Positions 20,667 through 30,667 of a stretch of DNA of 64,000 bases are shown here, piece by piece. The stretch comes from an uncultured Acidobacteriaceae bacterium (GTDB lineage Bacteria > Acidobacteriota > Terriglobia > Terriglobales > Acidobacteriaceae). The position numbers and the translations under genes were made by a program. Within the stretch, counting starts at the first letter, position 1. Every line of letters starts with the position of its first letter. The notes under the pieces were generated by a model that was not told the DNA's origin, did not search any database, and saw only the letters and a list, made by a program, of their open reading frames with translations. The stretch spans positions 4,154 to 68,153 of the forward strand of contig CAWHVN010000016.1 in NCBI GenBank assembly GCA_963832805.1, read 5' to 3'.

Positions 20667-20682
20667 TGGCAACTGACGTGCT
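20667..20682 (+). promoter_or_regulatory. Candidate sigma54 (-24/-12) promoter TGGCAAC-TGAC-GTGCT
   Basis: GG(20668-69)-N10-GC(20680-81) spacing, about 35 nt before the kinase ATG, downstream of an AT-rich intergenic region. Confidence 0.5.
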
Positions 20683-20716
20683 AGTAAAGCGATTGAAATA
20701 GAAATCTCCCGCGCCC

Positions 20717-23602
20717 ATGGAGACAAGCCTTCTCAACCGCGTGCAAGCTACGCTGCTGGCCTTGGCCACGGCCGCGCTCTTCGTGTTGGCGGTGCTGAAT
20801 CTCCTCGCGCAGCGCCAGTTTCCGCAGCCCGACGATGGCGTGTGGTGGGGCGAGGCCGCCGGCGGCCTCCGAGCCGAAAGGGTTCTGCCGGATAAGCCCG
20901 GTCAGCGCGCCGGAATCCAGGAGGGAGACCTCCTAACGGGAGTCAGCGAATCGCCCACCGCGAGCGTCATGCCCGTTACGCTGGTCGCTGATCTGGAGCG
21001 CGCACTCTACGCCACCGGTCCTTACGGCCAGGTCTACTACACCATCACGCGCGACGGCATTCCCCTCGAAGCGCCGATCAAGGTCATTCCCGAGCCGCTG
21101 GATCGCAGTCTGGAGTTCGGGCTACGCATCATCGGCCTCATCTATCTTGTCATCGGGTTCTACGTCCTCTTTCGCCGCTGGGGCGCGCCTCGCGCCACGC
21201 ACTTTTATATATTCTGCCTGGTGTCCTTTGCGCTCTATGCGCTGAAGTACACCACCAAGCTCGACACTCTGGACTGGATTGTCTTCTGGACGAATGTCGT
21301 AGCCGAAGCGCTGCAGCCGGCGCTCTTCCTGCACTTCGCGCTCAGCTTCCCCGAGGAGCGGTTCAAGAATTTCCGCCGCCGCTGGCTACTGCCCCTGGTC
21401 TACGCCCCCGGCGCGGGACTTCTTGCCTTGTGGCTCTGGTCCATCGCCACGCGCGAAGCCACCAAGCTCCTTCTCGACCGGCTCAACCAGATCGCCACCG
21501 CGTACGATGCCATTTTCTACGTGGCCGCAGCGCTGCTCTTCCTGCGCAGCTACAGCCGTGCCTCCACGCCGCTGCTACGCCAGCAGTTGAAGTGGGTCAC
21601 GCGCGGCACGCTGCTCGCGGTTCTTCCGTTCACGTTCTTCTACGCCGTCCCCTATCTGCTGCACCTGAATCCGCCGCAACTGCTGACCAATCTGGCCGGC
21701 CTCTCGCTGGTGTTCTTGCCGCTCACGTTCGCCTGGGCCATCGTCCGCTACCGCTTGATGGACACGGACCTTATTTTCAAGCGCAGCGTGGCCTACACGC
21801 TGTCGGTAGCCCTTATTGGTGGTGGCTATTTCGGCATCATCGCGCTCATCGCCCTCGTGGTTCACCAGCGCCTGCCCGACACGATGAAGGAGTGGGCGCT
21901 GGTCATCGCCATTCTGGTCACGGCCGCCGTCTTCGATCCGTTGAAGCGGCGCATTCAGGGATGGGTGGATCGCGCGTTTGACCGTCATCGCTACGACTAC
22001 CGCAGGGCGCTGGTCGAATTCGGCCGCGGCCTTGGCTCTGAAACCGACCTCCAGGCCCTGCTCAACTCTATCGTCGAGCAGTTGCCGCGCACGCTCCTGG
22101 TGGCGCGCGTTGCCATCTTCCTGGCGCAGGATTCCGGCCGGCTGCGTCTGGCCGCCTCGCATGGCTTGCCCGACGAAGTCAGCGCCGAGCAAAACAATTT
22201 GTCCCTCGGGTTCCTTAACTTCGACCGCGCCAAGGATCACTCCCACATCTTTTTCGAGAACGCTCAAGCGGTCATGCATCTTTCGCCGGACGAGCAGCGC
22301 ACCGCTGCTCTTCTCGACCTCAACTACTATCTGCCCTGCCGGGTAGCTTCGGTGCAGCTTGAGAATGGCGAGGCTGCCAGCCGCACCATCGCCGTCATCG
22401 GCCTCGGCCGCACGCTGGGCGGCGACTTCCTGTCGAGCGAAGACGTCGAGCTTCTCGAATCGCTGGCCAGCTACATCGGCATCGCCCTCCAGAACGCAAG
22501 CCTGTACGCGCGCCTGGAAGAAAAGATCGTCGAGTTCGAGCGCCTGAAGGAGTTCAACGAGAACATCGTCGAATCCATCAACGTAGGCATCTTCGCCATC
22601 GACCTCAACGACCGCATCGAAAGCTGGAACGCGCAGATGGAGGCCATGTACGCTTTCAGCCGGGCTGAGGCCATCGGCCAGGAACTTCGGTCCGTTTTTC
22701 CTGTAGAGTTCATCGAGGCGCTGGAAGGCTTCGGCAGCGATCCGGGAGTGCATCACCTCTACAAGTTCCGCCTCACCACGCGCGCAGGCGAGCTGCGCAC
22801 CGCCAACATCGCCATTGCACCGTTGCTCTCTCGCGATTTCGTTCCCGTGGGCCGCATCGTCCTGGTCGACGACATCACCGAGCGCGTTACGCTTGAAACG
22901 CAACTTGCCCAGGCTGACAAGCTCACGTCCATCGGCCTGCTCGCTGCCGGAGTCGCCCACGAGATCAACACTCCGCTCGCCGTGATCTCCTCCTACGCGC
23001 AGATGCTGGCCAAGCAGTTGCGCGGCGACGCGCGCCTCAGCCCCGTGCTCGACAAGATCACGCAGCAGAGCTTCCGCGCCGCCGAAATCGCCAATGGCCT
23101 GCTCAACTTCTCACGCACCTCCACCACCGAGTTCCGCTCCACTGACCTGAATCAGGTCGTCCGCGACACGCTTTCGTTGCTTGAGCACCAGTTCAAGACG
23201 GCGCAGATTCTTGTCGATCTCGAACTCGCCGACGAGCTGCCGCCGATCCACGGCAACCCCGGCAAACTGCAGCAGGTCTTCCTCAACCTGCTTCTCAACG
23301 CCAAGGACGCCATGCCTGGCGGAGGGCGCCTGCGCATCGCCACGCTTGTCAATGGCCACGTTGAAGCCGTCATCTCCGATTCCGGCTCGGGTATCGCGCC
23401 CGAGCACCTCAAGCGCATCTACGATCCCTTCTTCACCACCAAGAACATGCCCGGCGACCGCCGCGGCACCGGTCTCGGCCTTTCTGTTTCGTACGGCATC
23501 ATTCAGGAACACGCCGGAAAGATTCACGTCGAGAGCGCTATCGGCGCCGGCACCACCTTTCACCTCGAGTTTCCCCTGTTAAGGAATTCCGTCCATGCCT
23601 GA
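20717..23602 (+). CDS. Membrane sensor histidine kinase (PDZ - multi-TM - GAF - PAS - HisKA - HATPase)
   Basis: PDZ-like AGIQEGDLL; about 8 TMs; GAF (EDVELLESLASYIGIALQNA); PAS (WNAQME); H-box GVAHEINTPL; N/G boxes NLLLNAKDAM, DSGSGI, GTGLGL. Confidence 0.93.
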   Translation: METSLLNRVQATLLALATAALFVLAVLNLLAQRQFPQPDDGVWWGEAAGGLRAERVLPDKPGQRAGIQEGDLLTGVSESPTASVMPVTLVADLERALYATGPYGQVYYTITRDGIPLEAPIKVIPEPLDRSLEFGLRIIGLIYLVIGFYVLFRRWGAPRATHFYIFCLVSFALYALKYTTKLDTLDWIVFWTNVVAEALQPALFLHFALSFPEERFKNFRRRWLLPLVYAPGAGLLALWLWSIATREATKLLLDRLNQIATAYDAIFYVAAALLFLRSYSRASTPLLRQQLKWVTRGTLLAVLPFTFFYAVPYLLHLNPPQLLTNLAGLSLVFLPLTFAWAIVRYRLMDTDLIFKRSVAYTLSVALIGGGYFGIIALIALVVHQRLPDTMKEWALVIAILVTAAVFDPLKRRIQGWVDRAFDRHRYDYRRALVEFGRGLGSETDLQALLNSIVEQLPRTLLVARVAIFLAQDSGRLRLAASHGLPDEVSAEQNNLSLGFLNFDRAKDHSHIFFENAQAVMHLSPDEQRTAALLDLNYYLPCRVASVQLENGEAASRTIAVIGLGRTLGGDFLSSEDVELLESLASYIGIALQNASLYARLEEKIVEFERLKEFNENIVESINVGIFAIDLNDRIESWNAQMEAMYAFSRAEAIGQELRSVFPVEFIEALEGFGSDPGVHHLYKFRLTTRAGELRTANIAIAPLLSRDFVPVGRIVLVDDITERVTLETQLAQADKLTSIGLLAAGVAHEINTPLAVISSYAQMLAKQLRGDARLSPVLDKITQQSFRAAEIANGLLNFSRTSTTEFRSTDLNQVVRDTLSLLEHQFKTAQILVDLELADELPPIHGNPGKLQQVFLNLLLNAKDAMPGGGRLRIATLVNGHVEAVISDSGSGIAPEHLKRIYDPFFTTKNMPGDRRGTGLGLSVSYGIIQEHAGKIHVESAIGAGTTFHLEFPLLRNSVHA

Positions 23603-25076
23603 GCCCACCGCTGAGGACGCAATGCCCGTGAACGCGCCTGTCTCCACGTCCGCGATTGACGACAGTTCACCCGCCGCGTCCATCCTCGTTGTCGACGACG
23701 AGGCCGGCATTCAGGAATCGCTCGAGGTGTTGCTCTCCCTCGAGAATTATGCCGTCAAGACCGCAGCCAACGGCGAGGAAGGCCTGCGCATGCTCGATCA
23801 GTCGAGCTTCGACCTCGTCCTGCTCGACCTCGCGCTGCCCGGCCAGAGCGGCCTTGAGCTGCTGCCGCAATTCAAGGAGCGCCAGCCCGATCTGCCCATC
23901 ATCATGATCACCGCCTATGGCACCGTCGATAACGTCGTCGAGGCCATCCGCGCCGGCGCGGAAAACTTCATCCAGAAGCCCTGGGACAACGAGAAGCTGC
24001 TCGCCGACATTCGCTCCGCCGTCGCCCGCCGCCGCGCCGAGGAAGAGAATCTCCAGCTCAAGCGCACCCTCAAGCAGCGCTACAACTTCGCCAACATCGT
24101 GGGCAAAAGCGAGTCCATGCTCCGCGTCTTCGATCTTGTCGCGCAGGTCGCTCCCAGCCGCTCCACGGTGCTGATTCAGGGCGAGAGCGGCACCGGCAAG
24201 GAGATCATCGCCAAGGCCATCCACGCCAACTCGCCGCGCCGCGATAAGCCATTCGTACCCATCAACACCGGAGCCATGCCCTCCGAGCTGCTCGAGTCCA
24301 CGCTTTTCGGGCACGTCAAAGGCGCGTTCACCTCCGCTGTCGCGTCGAAGAAAGGCCTCTTCGAGGTCGCCAACGGCGGCACGCTCTTCCTCGATGAGAT
24401 CGCCACCATGGGCCTCGACACGCAGTCAAAAATTCTGCGCGTGCTGCAGGATAAGCGCTTTATGCACCTCGGCGGCATTCAGGAGATCCAGGTAGACGTG
24501 CGCATCCTCGCCGCCACCAATGTCGATCTCCGCCAGGCGGTGCGCGATGGCCACTTTCGCGAGGATCTCTTCTACCGGCTCAACGTGATCACCGTTGACC
24601 TGCCGCCGCTGCGCTCCCGCCGCGAGGATATTCCGCTCCTCGTCCAGCACTTCCTCGACTTCTACGCTAATGAGAACGGGTTCGCCCCGCGCAAACTCTC
24701 CACCGACGCCATGCGCGCCCTCATCGATTACGACTGGCCCGGCAACGTCCGCGAGCTTGAAAACGCCATCGAGCGCGGCGTCGTGCTCTCCTCCGGTCCG
24801 CTGATCGGCGCCGAGCTTTTGCCCGGACAGATCACCGGCCGCAGCTTCCAGGACGCGCTCCTCGAACACAACCCGAACTCTTCGCTCTTCGACATCCTTG
24901 AAGTCATCGAGCGCCGTATCATCATCGAGAAGCTCGAACGCTGCAACTGGAACCAGACCGAAGCCGCGGAGCAGTTCCGCATTCCGCTCTCCACCCTGAA
25001 CCAGAAGATCAAGCGCCTCAACATCGAAATCCGCAAGCGGGGCAGGGAAGAATCGGGAGCAGGGAGTAGAGGGTAG
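23595..25076 (+). CDS. Sigma54-dependent response regulator (NtrC/AtoC family)
   Basis: REC (LVVDDE, LLDLALP), GESGTGKE, GAFTSA, LFLDEI, FREDLFYRLNV, WPGNVRELEN, C-terminal Fis-type HTH. Confidence 0.95.
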   Translation: MPEPTAEDAMPVNAPVSTSAIDDSSPAASILVVDDEAGIQESLEVLLSLENYAVKTAANGEEGLRMLDQSSFDLVLLDLALPGQSGLELLPQFKERQPDLPIIMITAYGTVDNVVEAIRAGAENFIQKPWDNEKLLADIRSAVARRRAEEENLQLKRTLKQRYNFANIVGKSESMLRVFDLVAQVAPSRSTVLIQGESGTGKEIIAKAIHANSPRRDKPFVPINTGAMPSELLESTLFGHVKGAFTSAVASKKGLFEVANGGTLFLDEIATMGLDTQSKILRVLQDKRFMHLGGIQEIQVDVRILAATNVDLRQAVRDGHFREDLFYRLNVITVDLPPLRSRREDIPLLVQHFLDFYANENGFAPRKLSTDAMRALIDYDWPGNVRELENAIERGVVLSSGPLIGAELLPGQITGRSFQDALLEHNPNSSLFDILEVIERRIIIEKLERCNWNQTEAAEQFRIPLSTLNQKIKRLNIEIRKRGREESGAGSRG

Positions 25077-25140
25077 GGAATACGAATCTTTGCTTCGCTA
25101 CCATTCGCCGATTTGCTGAGCACTGACCACTGACCACTGC
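25054..25140. repeat. Short heptamer tandem repeats (AGGGAGT-type and CACTGAC-type)
   Basis: CGGGAGC-AGGGAGT-AGAGGGT-AGGGAAT at 25054-25081; CACTGAC-CACTGAC-CACTG at 25121-25139. Confidence 0.5.
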
Positions 25141-25142
25141 GA

Positions 25143-25523
25143 ATGTCTTACTTTCTCTTCAAATCCGAACCCGGCGTCTACTCCTTCGACGATCTCCTGC
25201 GCGACGGCGAGACGGCGTGGGACGGCGTGACCAATCCCACCGCCGTCAAAAATCTACGCGAGATGAAGCCGGGAACGAAGTGGATTTTCTACCACACCGG
25301 CGACGAACGCACCGCCGTAGGCACGGGAACCGTCGTCAGCGTCGACCCGACCGACCCGAGGGTCCCCATCGTCCGCGTCAAGGCAGACAGGCGTCTCAAG
25401 CGCCCCAAGACCCTCGCCCAAATCAAGGCTGAAAAGCTCTTTGCCCGCTCGCCGCTGCTGCTCATCGGACGGCTCTCGGTCGTTCCGCTCACCGAAGAGG
25501 AGTGGAATTGGTTTTTGGAATAA
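25143..25523 (+). CDS. EVE domain protein
   Basis: YFLFKSEP, WDGVTN, FYHTG, RLSVVPL. Confidence 0.92.
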   Translation: MSYFLFKSEPGVYSFDDLLRDGETAWDGVTNPTAVKNLREMKPGTKWIFYHTGDERTAVGTGTVVSVDPTDPRVPIVRVKADRRLKRPKTLAQIKAEKLFARSPLLLIGRLSVVPLTEEEWNWFLE

Positions 25524-25545
25524 GAGTGCAGGAAACGGGAAGCCG

Positions 25546-26541
25546 CTATTCCCTGTCTTCCCCCAGCCACGCCTTCGTATTCAGCAACTGCCTCTGATCC
25601 AGCGACCACACCTTGCCCGTCATCTCGTCCGGCGCCCGGCCCTCGCGCGCCGACCTCTCAAACTCGCTGGCCATGGCCTGCATCTTCGCGTCCAGATCGT
25701 CGAGGAAGTTCAGCACCAGCGCCTCGGGAATCATGGGCAGCTTGGGCGAGCCGAACTCCAGCTTGCCGTGATGCGACAGAATCATGTGCAGCACCAGCGT
25801 GCGCAGGCGGTCAGGAAAATCCGGCAGCCCGGCGATCGTTTTCTCCGCGAGATCGACGCCCATCTGGATGTGACCCAGCAGCACACCCTCGACTGTATAG
25901 TCGAATCCCGTGTCCCAACTGAGCTCGCGAATCTTGCCAATGTCGTGCAGGATCACGCCCGTGATGAGCAGATCGCGGTCGAGCATCATGTAATGCGCGG
26001 CCACGCGATCGGCGAGCCCCAGCAAGCTCACCACGTGCTCCAGCAGCCCGCCCAGCCACGCATGATGCAGTTGCCGCGCCGCCGGCGCCTCGCGATACGC
26101 CTGCGCGATCGGTGCATCGGTGAGCAACGCAGTGAGAAGCCGCTTCAAATCGAGATTCGCCACGCTTGCGACGCTTGCCTCGAGCATCCGCCACAGCTCT
26201 CCCACATCGCGGCTCGTCGCGGGGAGCATATCCATCTTGTCCGCCTCGCCGTCGAGCGCCTTGCGCAGCTGATCCACTTTCAACTGTGCGCGTTCGTCGT
26301 AGCGCGACACGCTGCCGCGCACCTTGACCATGTCGCCGCGCTCGAACTCCCTGGCGATGCGCGGGTCGCCAGGCTCCCACACGCGCCCCTCGATCTGTCC
26401 GGACTTGTCGCCGAGCGTCAGGTTCAGGTACGGCTTGTTCTGCTTGGTGGTCCGTTGTTGCTTGGCAAGAACGAGAAAAAAGCTGTCGAAGAGCTTGCCC
26501 TCGTCGAAGCCCATCAAATCCGCGATATAGATGTCTTTCAT
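25546..26541 (-). CDS. OB-fold + HD domain 3'-5' exoribonuclease YhaM family
   Basis: N-terminal OB fold (LTLGDKSGQIEGRVW), PAARQLHHAWLGGLLEH, LHDIGK, SHHGKLEFGSP. Confidence 0.92.
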   Translation of the reverse strand: MKDIYIADLMGFDEGKLFDSFFLVLAKQQRTTKQNKPYLNLTLGDKSGQIEGRVWEPGDPRIAREFERGDMVKVRGSVSRYDERAQLKVDQLRKALDGEADKMDMLPATSRDVGELWRMLEASVASVANLDLKRLLTALLTDAPIAQAYREAPAARQLHHAWLGGLLEHVVSLLGLADRVAAHYMMLDRDLLITGVILHDIGKIRELSWDTGFDYTVEGVLLGHIQMGVDLAEKTIAGLPDFPDRLRTLVLHMILSHHGKLEFGSPKLPMIPEALVLNFLDDLDAKMQAMASEFERSAREGRAPDEMTGKVWSLDQRQLLNTKAWLGEDRE

Positions 26542-26682
26542 TCTGCCGAGAAGATTAACGCAATTCTCCCACTCTGCCAAAGTCGCCGCCCGGTCCCAAC
26601 AGAAATCACGCCGCGCCAAAAACACCGCGGGCCCGGGAATTCGTTCCCAGGCCCGCTCAATCGGATCGGCTGAATCGCCGCG

Positions 26683-28470
26683 CTACTGCTGCGCTGGTTG
26701 CTGTGGTTGTGGTTCGTCCGGATGGTCCGCGGGCGCCGGCGCTCCCGGCACGGGAGGAATGGGCGTTGGCTGCTGCACCGGCTTCGGCTGCGATTCTTCT
26801 TCACTCTTCTTCTTGTTCGTGATGCGGGTCTTTCCCTCGGTCGCAGTCGCCGCCTTTTTCTTCTTCGAGGTATCTCCCGACAATCCCAACGGAGCTGACT
26901 GCGTCTGCTGGTCGGCTACCTCGGCCGCATTCGGCGGCGCGGGCCCTGTCGCACCCGGCTGCCCGGCGATCCCTTTTGTCTTCGCCGTCTTGGGCTGCCG
27001 TGCCCGAGCGCTGAAGCGTGTCTTCTGCGTTGGCGCGGTCGGCTCCAGCGGATTCGCCGGCTGGTCGGTATTCGAGGCCGCCTCAGGCAGCGCGCCCGCA
27101 TTCTCCGTGGCCGAGTTGGTGGTCGGCGAAGGCAGCGTCTCGCGCGGCGCCTGGCCGAAGCGAATCTTCTCTTTCTTGCCGGGCTTTTCGACGGCCGCTT
27201 CTTCCTTCTTGTTCTTCTTATTCTTTTTAGTTGTTGCCGGGGCTGGTGTGGCTGCCGGTGTCGCCGCCGCGCTGGTCTGCGCCTCGGTGGCGCCCTCAGC
27301 CGGCGGAGCAGGGGCATTCGACTTCTCGCGGAATGTGCGCGTGCTCTCGCGGAACCGCGTCCTTTCCACTTTGGCTTTCTTCTTCGGCGCCGGCGGCACA
27401 TACGCGCTGAAGCTGATGCTCGAATGCAGCTCGGCGGGTGTGGCGCCGGTATCCACATATCCCTGCTTGATCTGGATGAAGGCCTCATCCCGCATCCGGC
27501 TCAGATAAGCGCGAATCGCGGGCTCCATCAGGCTCATGTAATACGCCTGTTCTACGTCTTCTTCTACCTCTTTGAACGGCCGTGGTCCGCCCGGAGTATG
27601 TTGCACAACTTTCAGGATGATGTAGCCCTGCCGCGTGAGAATCGGATCGGTGTACTGGCCCGAAGCCAGATCGAATGTCTTGTCCTCAAGCACCTTGGAA
27701 AGCTGGCCCCGCTTGTACTGGCCCAGATCGCCGCCGGAAGCCGCCGTGGAGCCGTCGCTGAAGCTTCGCGCCAACTGCGCAAAATCTCCGCCCGCGTGCA
27801 GCCGCGCCTCAATGTCGTCGGCCTTTGCTTTGGCCGCCGCAACCTTGGCCGGGTCATCGGACCCCTCCGCCCCCGTCGAAATCAGAATCTCGCCCAACCG
27901 CACGCTCTCCGGTTGCGTGTAATCCTGCTTGTGCTCCTCGTAGTACCGCTCCACCTCGCCGGGCGTCATCTGGATATGCTCGCCAACCTCCTGCCGCATC
28001 ACTTCCTGGGTGATGATCTGGTTGCGGATGTTGGCCTTGAAGTCCTCGAAGGACACGCCCTGCTCTCTGGCCGCTTTCTCCAGGTCTTCAATCGAATCCA
28101 GGTTGTACTGCTTGCGAATCTCGTCCAGGCGTTTCACCAGTTCCGTCTCGCCGGTGATATCCAGTTCCTTGCCCTTCGAGAGCCACAGCTGCTGGTCGAT
28201 CAGGTTGCGCAGCAGGTCCTTACGCTGCGTCGCCATCTCCTGCATCGATGCGCCGTGCTGGTGTCCTTCCTGGTCCAGTTCGGTTTCCGCGCGGTCGAAG
28301 TCTGACTTGGTAATGATCTGGTCGTTGACGCGGGCAATGATGTCCTCGACCACCGACCCGCCATAGGGGCTCTCCGGTTCGTTCGACTGGCAGAGTGCCA
28401 GGCTGGCGCCCACAAGCAGCGCCATGCCCAATACCGACATAGCGAAAGCGCGAAGAAGTCTCAGAGTCAT
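26683..28470 (-). CDS. SurA/PrsA-like parvulin peptidyl-prolyl isomerase with a long K/P/A-rich C-terminal tail
   Basis: Signal peptide, IIARVNDQIIT, DFAQLARSFSD, GGDLG; tail is low-complexity. Confidence 0.88.
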   Translation of the reverse strand: MTLRLLRAFAMSVLGMALLVGASLALCQSNEPESPYGGSVVEDIIARVNDQIITKSDFDRAETELDQEGHQHGASMQEMATQRKDLLRNLIDQQLWLSKGKELDITGETELVKRLDEIRKQYNLDSIEDLEKAAREQGVSFEDFKANIRNQIITQEVMRQEVGEHIQMTPGEVERYYEEHKQDYTQPESVRLGEILISTGAEGSDDPAKVAAAKAKADDIEARLHAGGDFAQLARSFSDGSTAASGGDLGQYKRGQLSKVLEDKTFDLASGQYTDPILTRQGYIILKVVQHTPGGPRPFKEVEEDVEQAYYMSLMEPAIRAYLSRMRDEAFIQIKQGYVDTGATPAELHSSISFSAYVPPAPKKKAKVERTRFRESTRTFREKSNAPAPPAEGATEAQTSAAATPAATPAPATTKKNKKNKKEEAAVEKPGKKEKIRFGQAPRETLPSPTTNSATENAGALPEAASNTDQPANPLEPTAPTQKTRFSARARQPKTAKTKGIAGQPGATGPAPPNAAEVADQQTQSAPLGLSGDTSKKKKAATATEGKTRITNKKKSEEESQPKPVQQPTPIPPVPGAPAPADHPDEPQPQQPAQQ

Positions 28471-28866
28471 AGAATTGCCGGCCGGCCGGGAACCTGGCGC
28501 CTGCTTTCTTGCCGCATGATACATAGACGCCATTGTAAATGCCGGGAGAGCCGAAACGGAAAGCGGATGCGCAGCCCACTGCTGCCGCCGGCGCCTCGAA
28601 ATGCGCCTCCCACCAGCCCTGTACCTCGGTAACCCGGCTACCCGCTCCGGTCCCCGCGCGTCAAATACAGCGGTGTTATACTTTAGCCGAAGACGGCCTC
28701 GCGGCCTCAGCGCGAGCGGTTCTTTCATCTCCCTGGCCTTGCCAGCATCGGGCAAGGTCAATTTGTATCGAGCGGAAATCCAGCACCAGCCGGATTAGCT
28801 CTCAGGCGATGGAAAGTCCGCCCTCTGGCTCCCGCCGCTCGCGCCGTCTGGAGGTTCGGTTTGCCA

Positions 28867-30513
28867 ATGAGTTTTCGTGCCCGCCGCGCGCTCTTTGCCG
28901 TGGTCGTCTTTTTCGCAGTCTGTGCCGTGGCCGGCACTATTCTGGAGCGCCACGTCGGCGCCCAGGCTTCGCAGGACGAGAGCCAGCTTCGCGACAGCCT
29001 CAAGGAATTTACTGACGTCTACGCGATCGTCGAGCAGAACTACGCCGAGCCCATCACACCTGACAAGGCTGACGACGTTATCTACGATGGCGCCATCCCC
29101 GGCATGTTACAGGTCCTCGACCCGCACTCCCACTTCTACGATCCCAAAGCCTATGCCCGCCTGCGCGAAGATCAGCGCGGCCACTACTACGGCGTTGGCA
29201 TGGTCATCCAGCAGCAGAACGACAACAACGGCAAGAGCAACGTTTACGTCGTCACTCCCTATGAGGGCACGCCCTCGTTCCGCGCCGGCATTCACCCTGG
29301 CGACGAAGTTGTTGCAGTTGACGGCAAATCGACTGACGGCTGGACCTCCGACCAGGTGGCCAAAGCGCTGAAGGGGCCCAAGGGCACGCACGTTCAGGTC
29401 TCGATGGTTCGCTACGGCCAGGCCAAGCCTCTGGTCTTCGACCTCATTCGCGATGAGATTCCGCACCCCTCCATCGATCTCAAATTCGAGATTCGTCCCG
29501 GCATCGGCTACATTCATTTGTCCCAGTTCCAGGAAACCACCGGCCAGGAGATGGACGACGCCATCAACAGCTTCAGCGGCCTCAAGGGCCTGGTCCTCGA
29601 TCTGCGCGAGAATCCCGGCGGCCTGTTAAGCCAGGCCGTCGATGTCTGTGACCACCTGCTCACCAAGGGGCAGACGATTGTCTCCCAGCGGGGTCGCGCG
29701 TACGCCGATCAGAACTACGTCGCGACGCACGGCAACGACGGCAAAACCTTCCCCATCGTCGTGCTGGTCAACCGCGACACCGCTTCGGCTGCCGAAATCG
29801 TCTCCGGCGCGCTGCAGGATCACGATCGCGCCCTCATCGTGGGCGAAACCACCTTCGGCAAGGGTCTGGTGCAGACCGTCTACAACCTCAGTGAAGACTC
29901 CGGCCTCGCTTTGACCACCTATCACTACTACACGCCGTCGGGCCGCCTCATCCAGCGCAATTACGCCGGCGTATCGCTCTACGACTACTACAACCACGCC
30001 GGCGGTGGACCCGCTTCCGACTCCTCCAGCCGCGAAGTCAAGCTCACTGACTCGGGCCGCACCGTCTACGGCGGCGGCGGCATTACGCCCGACGAGAAGA
30101 TCGAGCCCCCGGCCACCAACCGCTTCCAGGACGAGCTTATCTACAAAGACGTCTTCTTCCACTTCGCGCCGGTCTACGTGGCCACGCACCCCGTCGACCA
30201 GAACTTCCAGATCGACGACGCTGTCCTCAACGACTTTAAAAAATTTCTCACCAGCCAGAATGTCGACTGGACCGACGCCGATATCAACGGCGTCTCCGAC
30301 TGGATTAAGGCGCAGATCAAGAAGTACATCTTCACCATTCAATTCGGCCAGCTCAGCGGCTTGCGCGTCATTGCCGATTGGGACCCCATGATCCAGAAGG
30401 CGCTTACTTACATGCCCGAGGCACAAGCGCTTGAAGATAACGCGCACAAGGTATTGGCGGAAAAGGCTCAAGCCCGCACCGAGCCGAGCACGGCCGCCGC
30501 GTCCCAGCCCTGA
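28867..30513 (+). CDS. ctpA: S41 family C-terminal processing protease
   Basis: LDPHS, PDZ, LDLRENPGGLL, TASAAEIVSGALQD, TFGKGLVQ, YYTPSGR. Confidence 0.93.
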   Translation: MSFRARRALFAVVVFFAVCAVAGTILERHVGAQASQDESQLRDSLKEFTDVYAIVEQNYAEPITPDKADDVIYDGAIPGMLQVLDPHSHFYDPKAYARLREDQRGHYYGVGMVIQQQNDNNGKSNVYVVTPYEGTPSFRAGIHPGDEVVAVDGKSTDGWTSDQVAKALKGPKGTHVQVSMVRYGQAKPLVFDLIRDEIPHPSIDLKFEIRPGIGYIHLSQFQETTGQEMDDAINSFSGLKGLVLDLRENPGGLLSQAVDVCDHLLTKGQTIVSQRGRAYADQNYVATHGNDGKTFPIVVLVNRDTASAAEIVSGALQDHDRALIVGETTFGKGLVQTVYNLSEDSGLALTTYHYYTPSGRLIQRNYAGVSLYDYYNHAGGGPASDSSSREVKLTDSGRTVYGGGGITPDEKIEPPATNRFQDELIYKDVFFHFAPVYVATHPVDQNFQIDDAVLNDFKKFLTSQNVDWTDADINGVSDWIKAQIKKYIFTIQFGQLSGLRVIADWDPMIQKALTYMPEAQALEDNAHKVLAEKAQARTEPSTAAASQP

Positions 30514-30534
30514 GTTCCGCTCACCGCTTCAAGC

Positions 30535-30571
30535 AAAACAAAGGCCATCCCTGTGGGATGGCCTTTGTTTT
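30535..30571. terminator. Bidirectional rho-independent terminator
   Basis: AAAACAAAGGCCATCCC-TGT-GGGATGGCCTTTGTTTT is a perfect inverted repeat between convergent genes. Confidence 0.9.
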
Positions 30572-30667
30572 TGACGCGCTTAAACGCCGGAATTACGCGG
30601 CGCATACCGACACTCTTCCTGAGCCGGCCCTTTAGCCGCAGCACGAATCAGGCGTTTGCGCCACTCT

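Noticed and set aside
21575-22960. Long antisense or alternate-frame ORFs (e.g. 21575..22960, 10735..11910, 25441..26673, 49619..50839, 57944..59203, 60424..61524)
   Set aside because: They overlap well-supported genes, carry no family motifs, and are the expected shadow ORFs of GC-rich codon usage.
25143-26541. EVE + HD nuclease as a modification-dependent defence pair
   Set aside because: The genes are convergent rather than operonic, and both are common housekeeping families (stand-alone EVE, YhaM).
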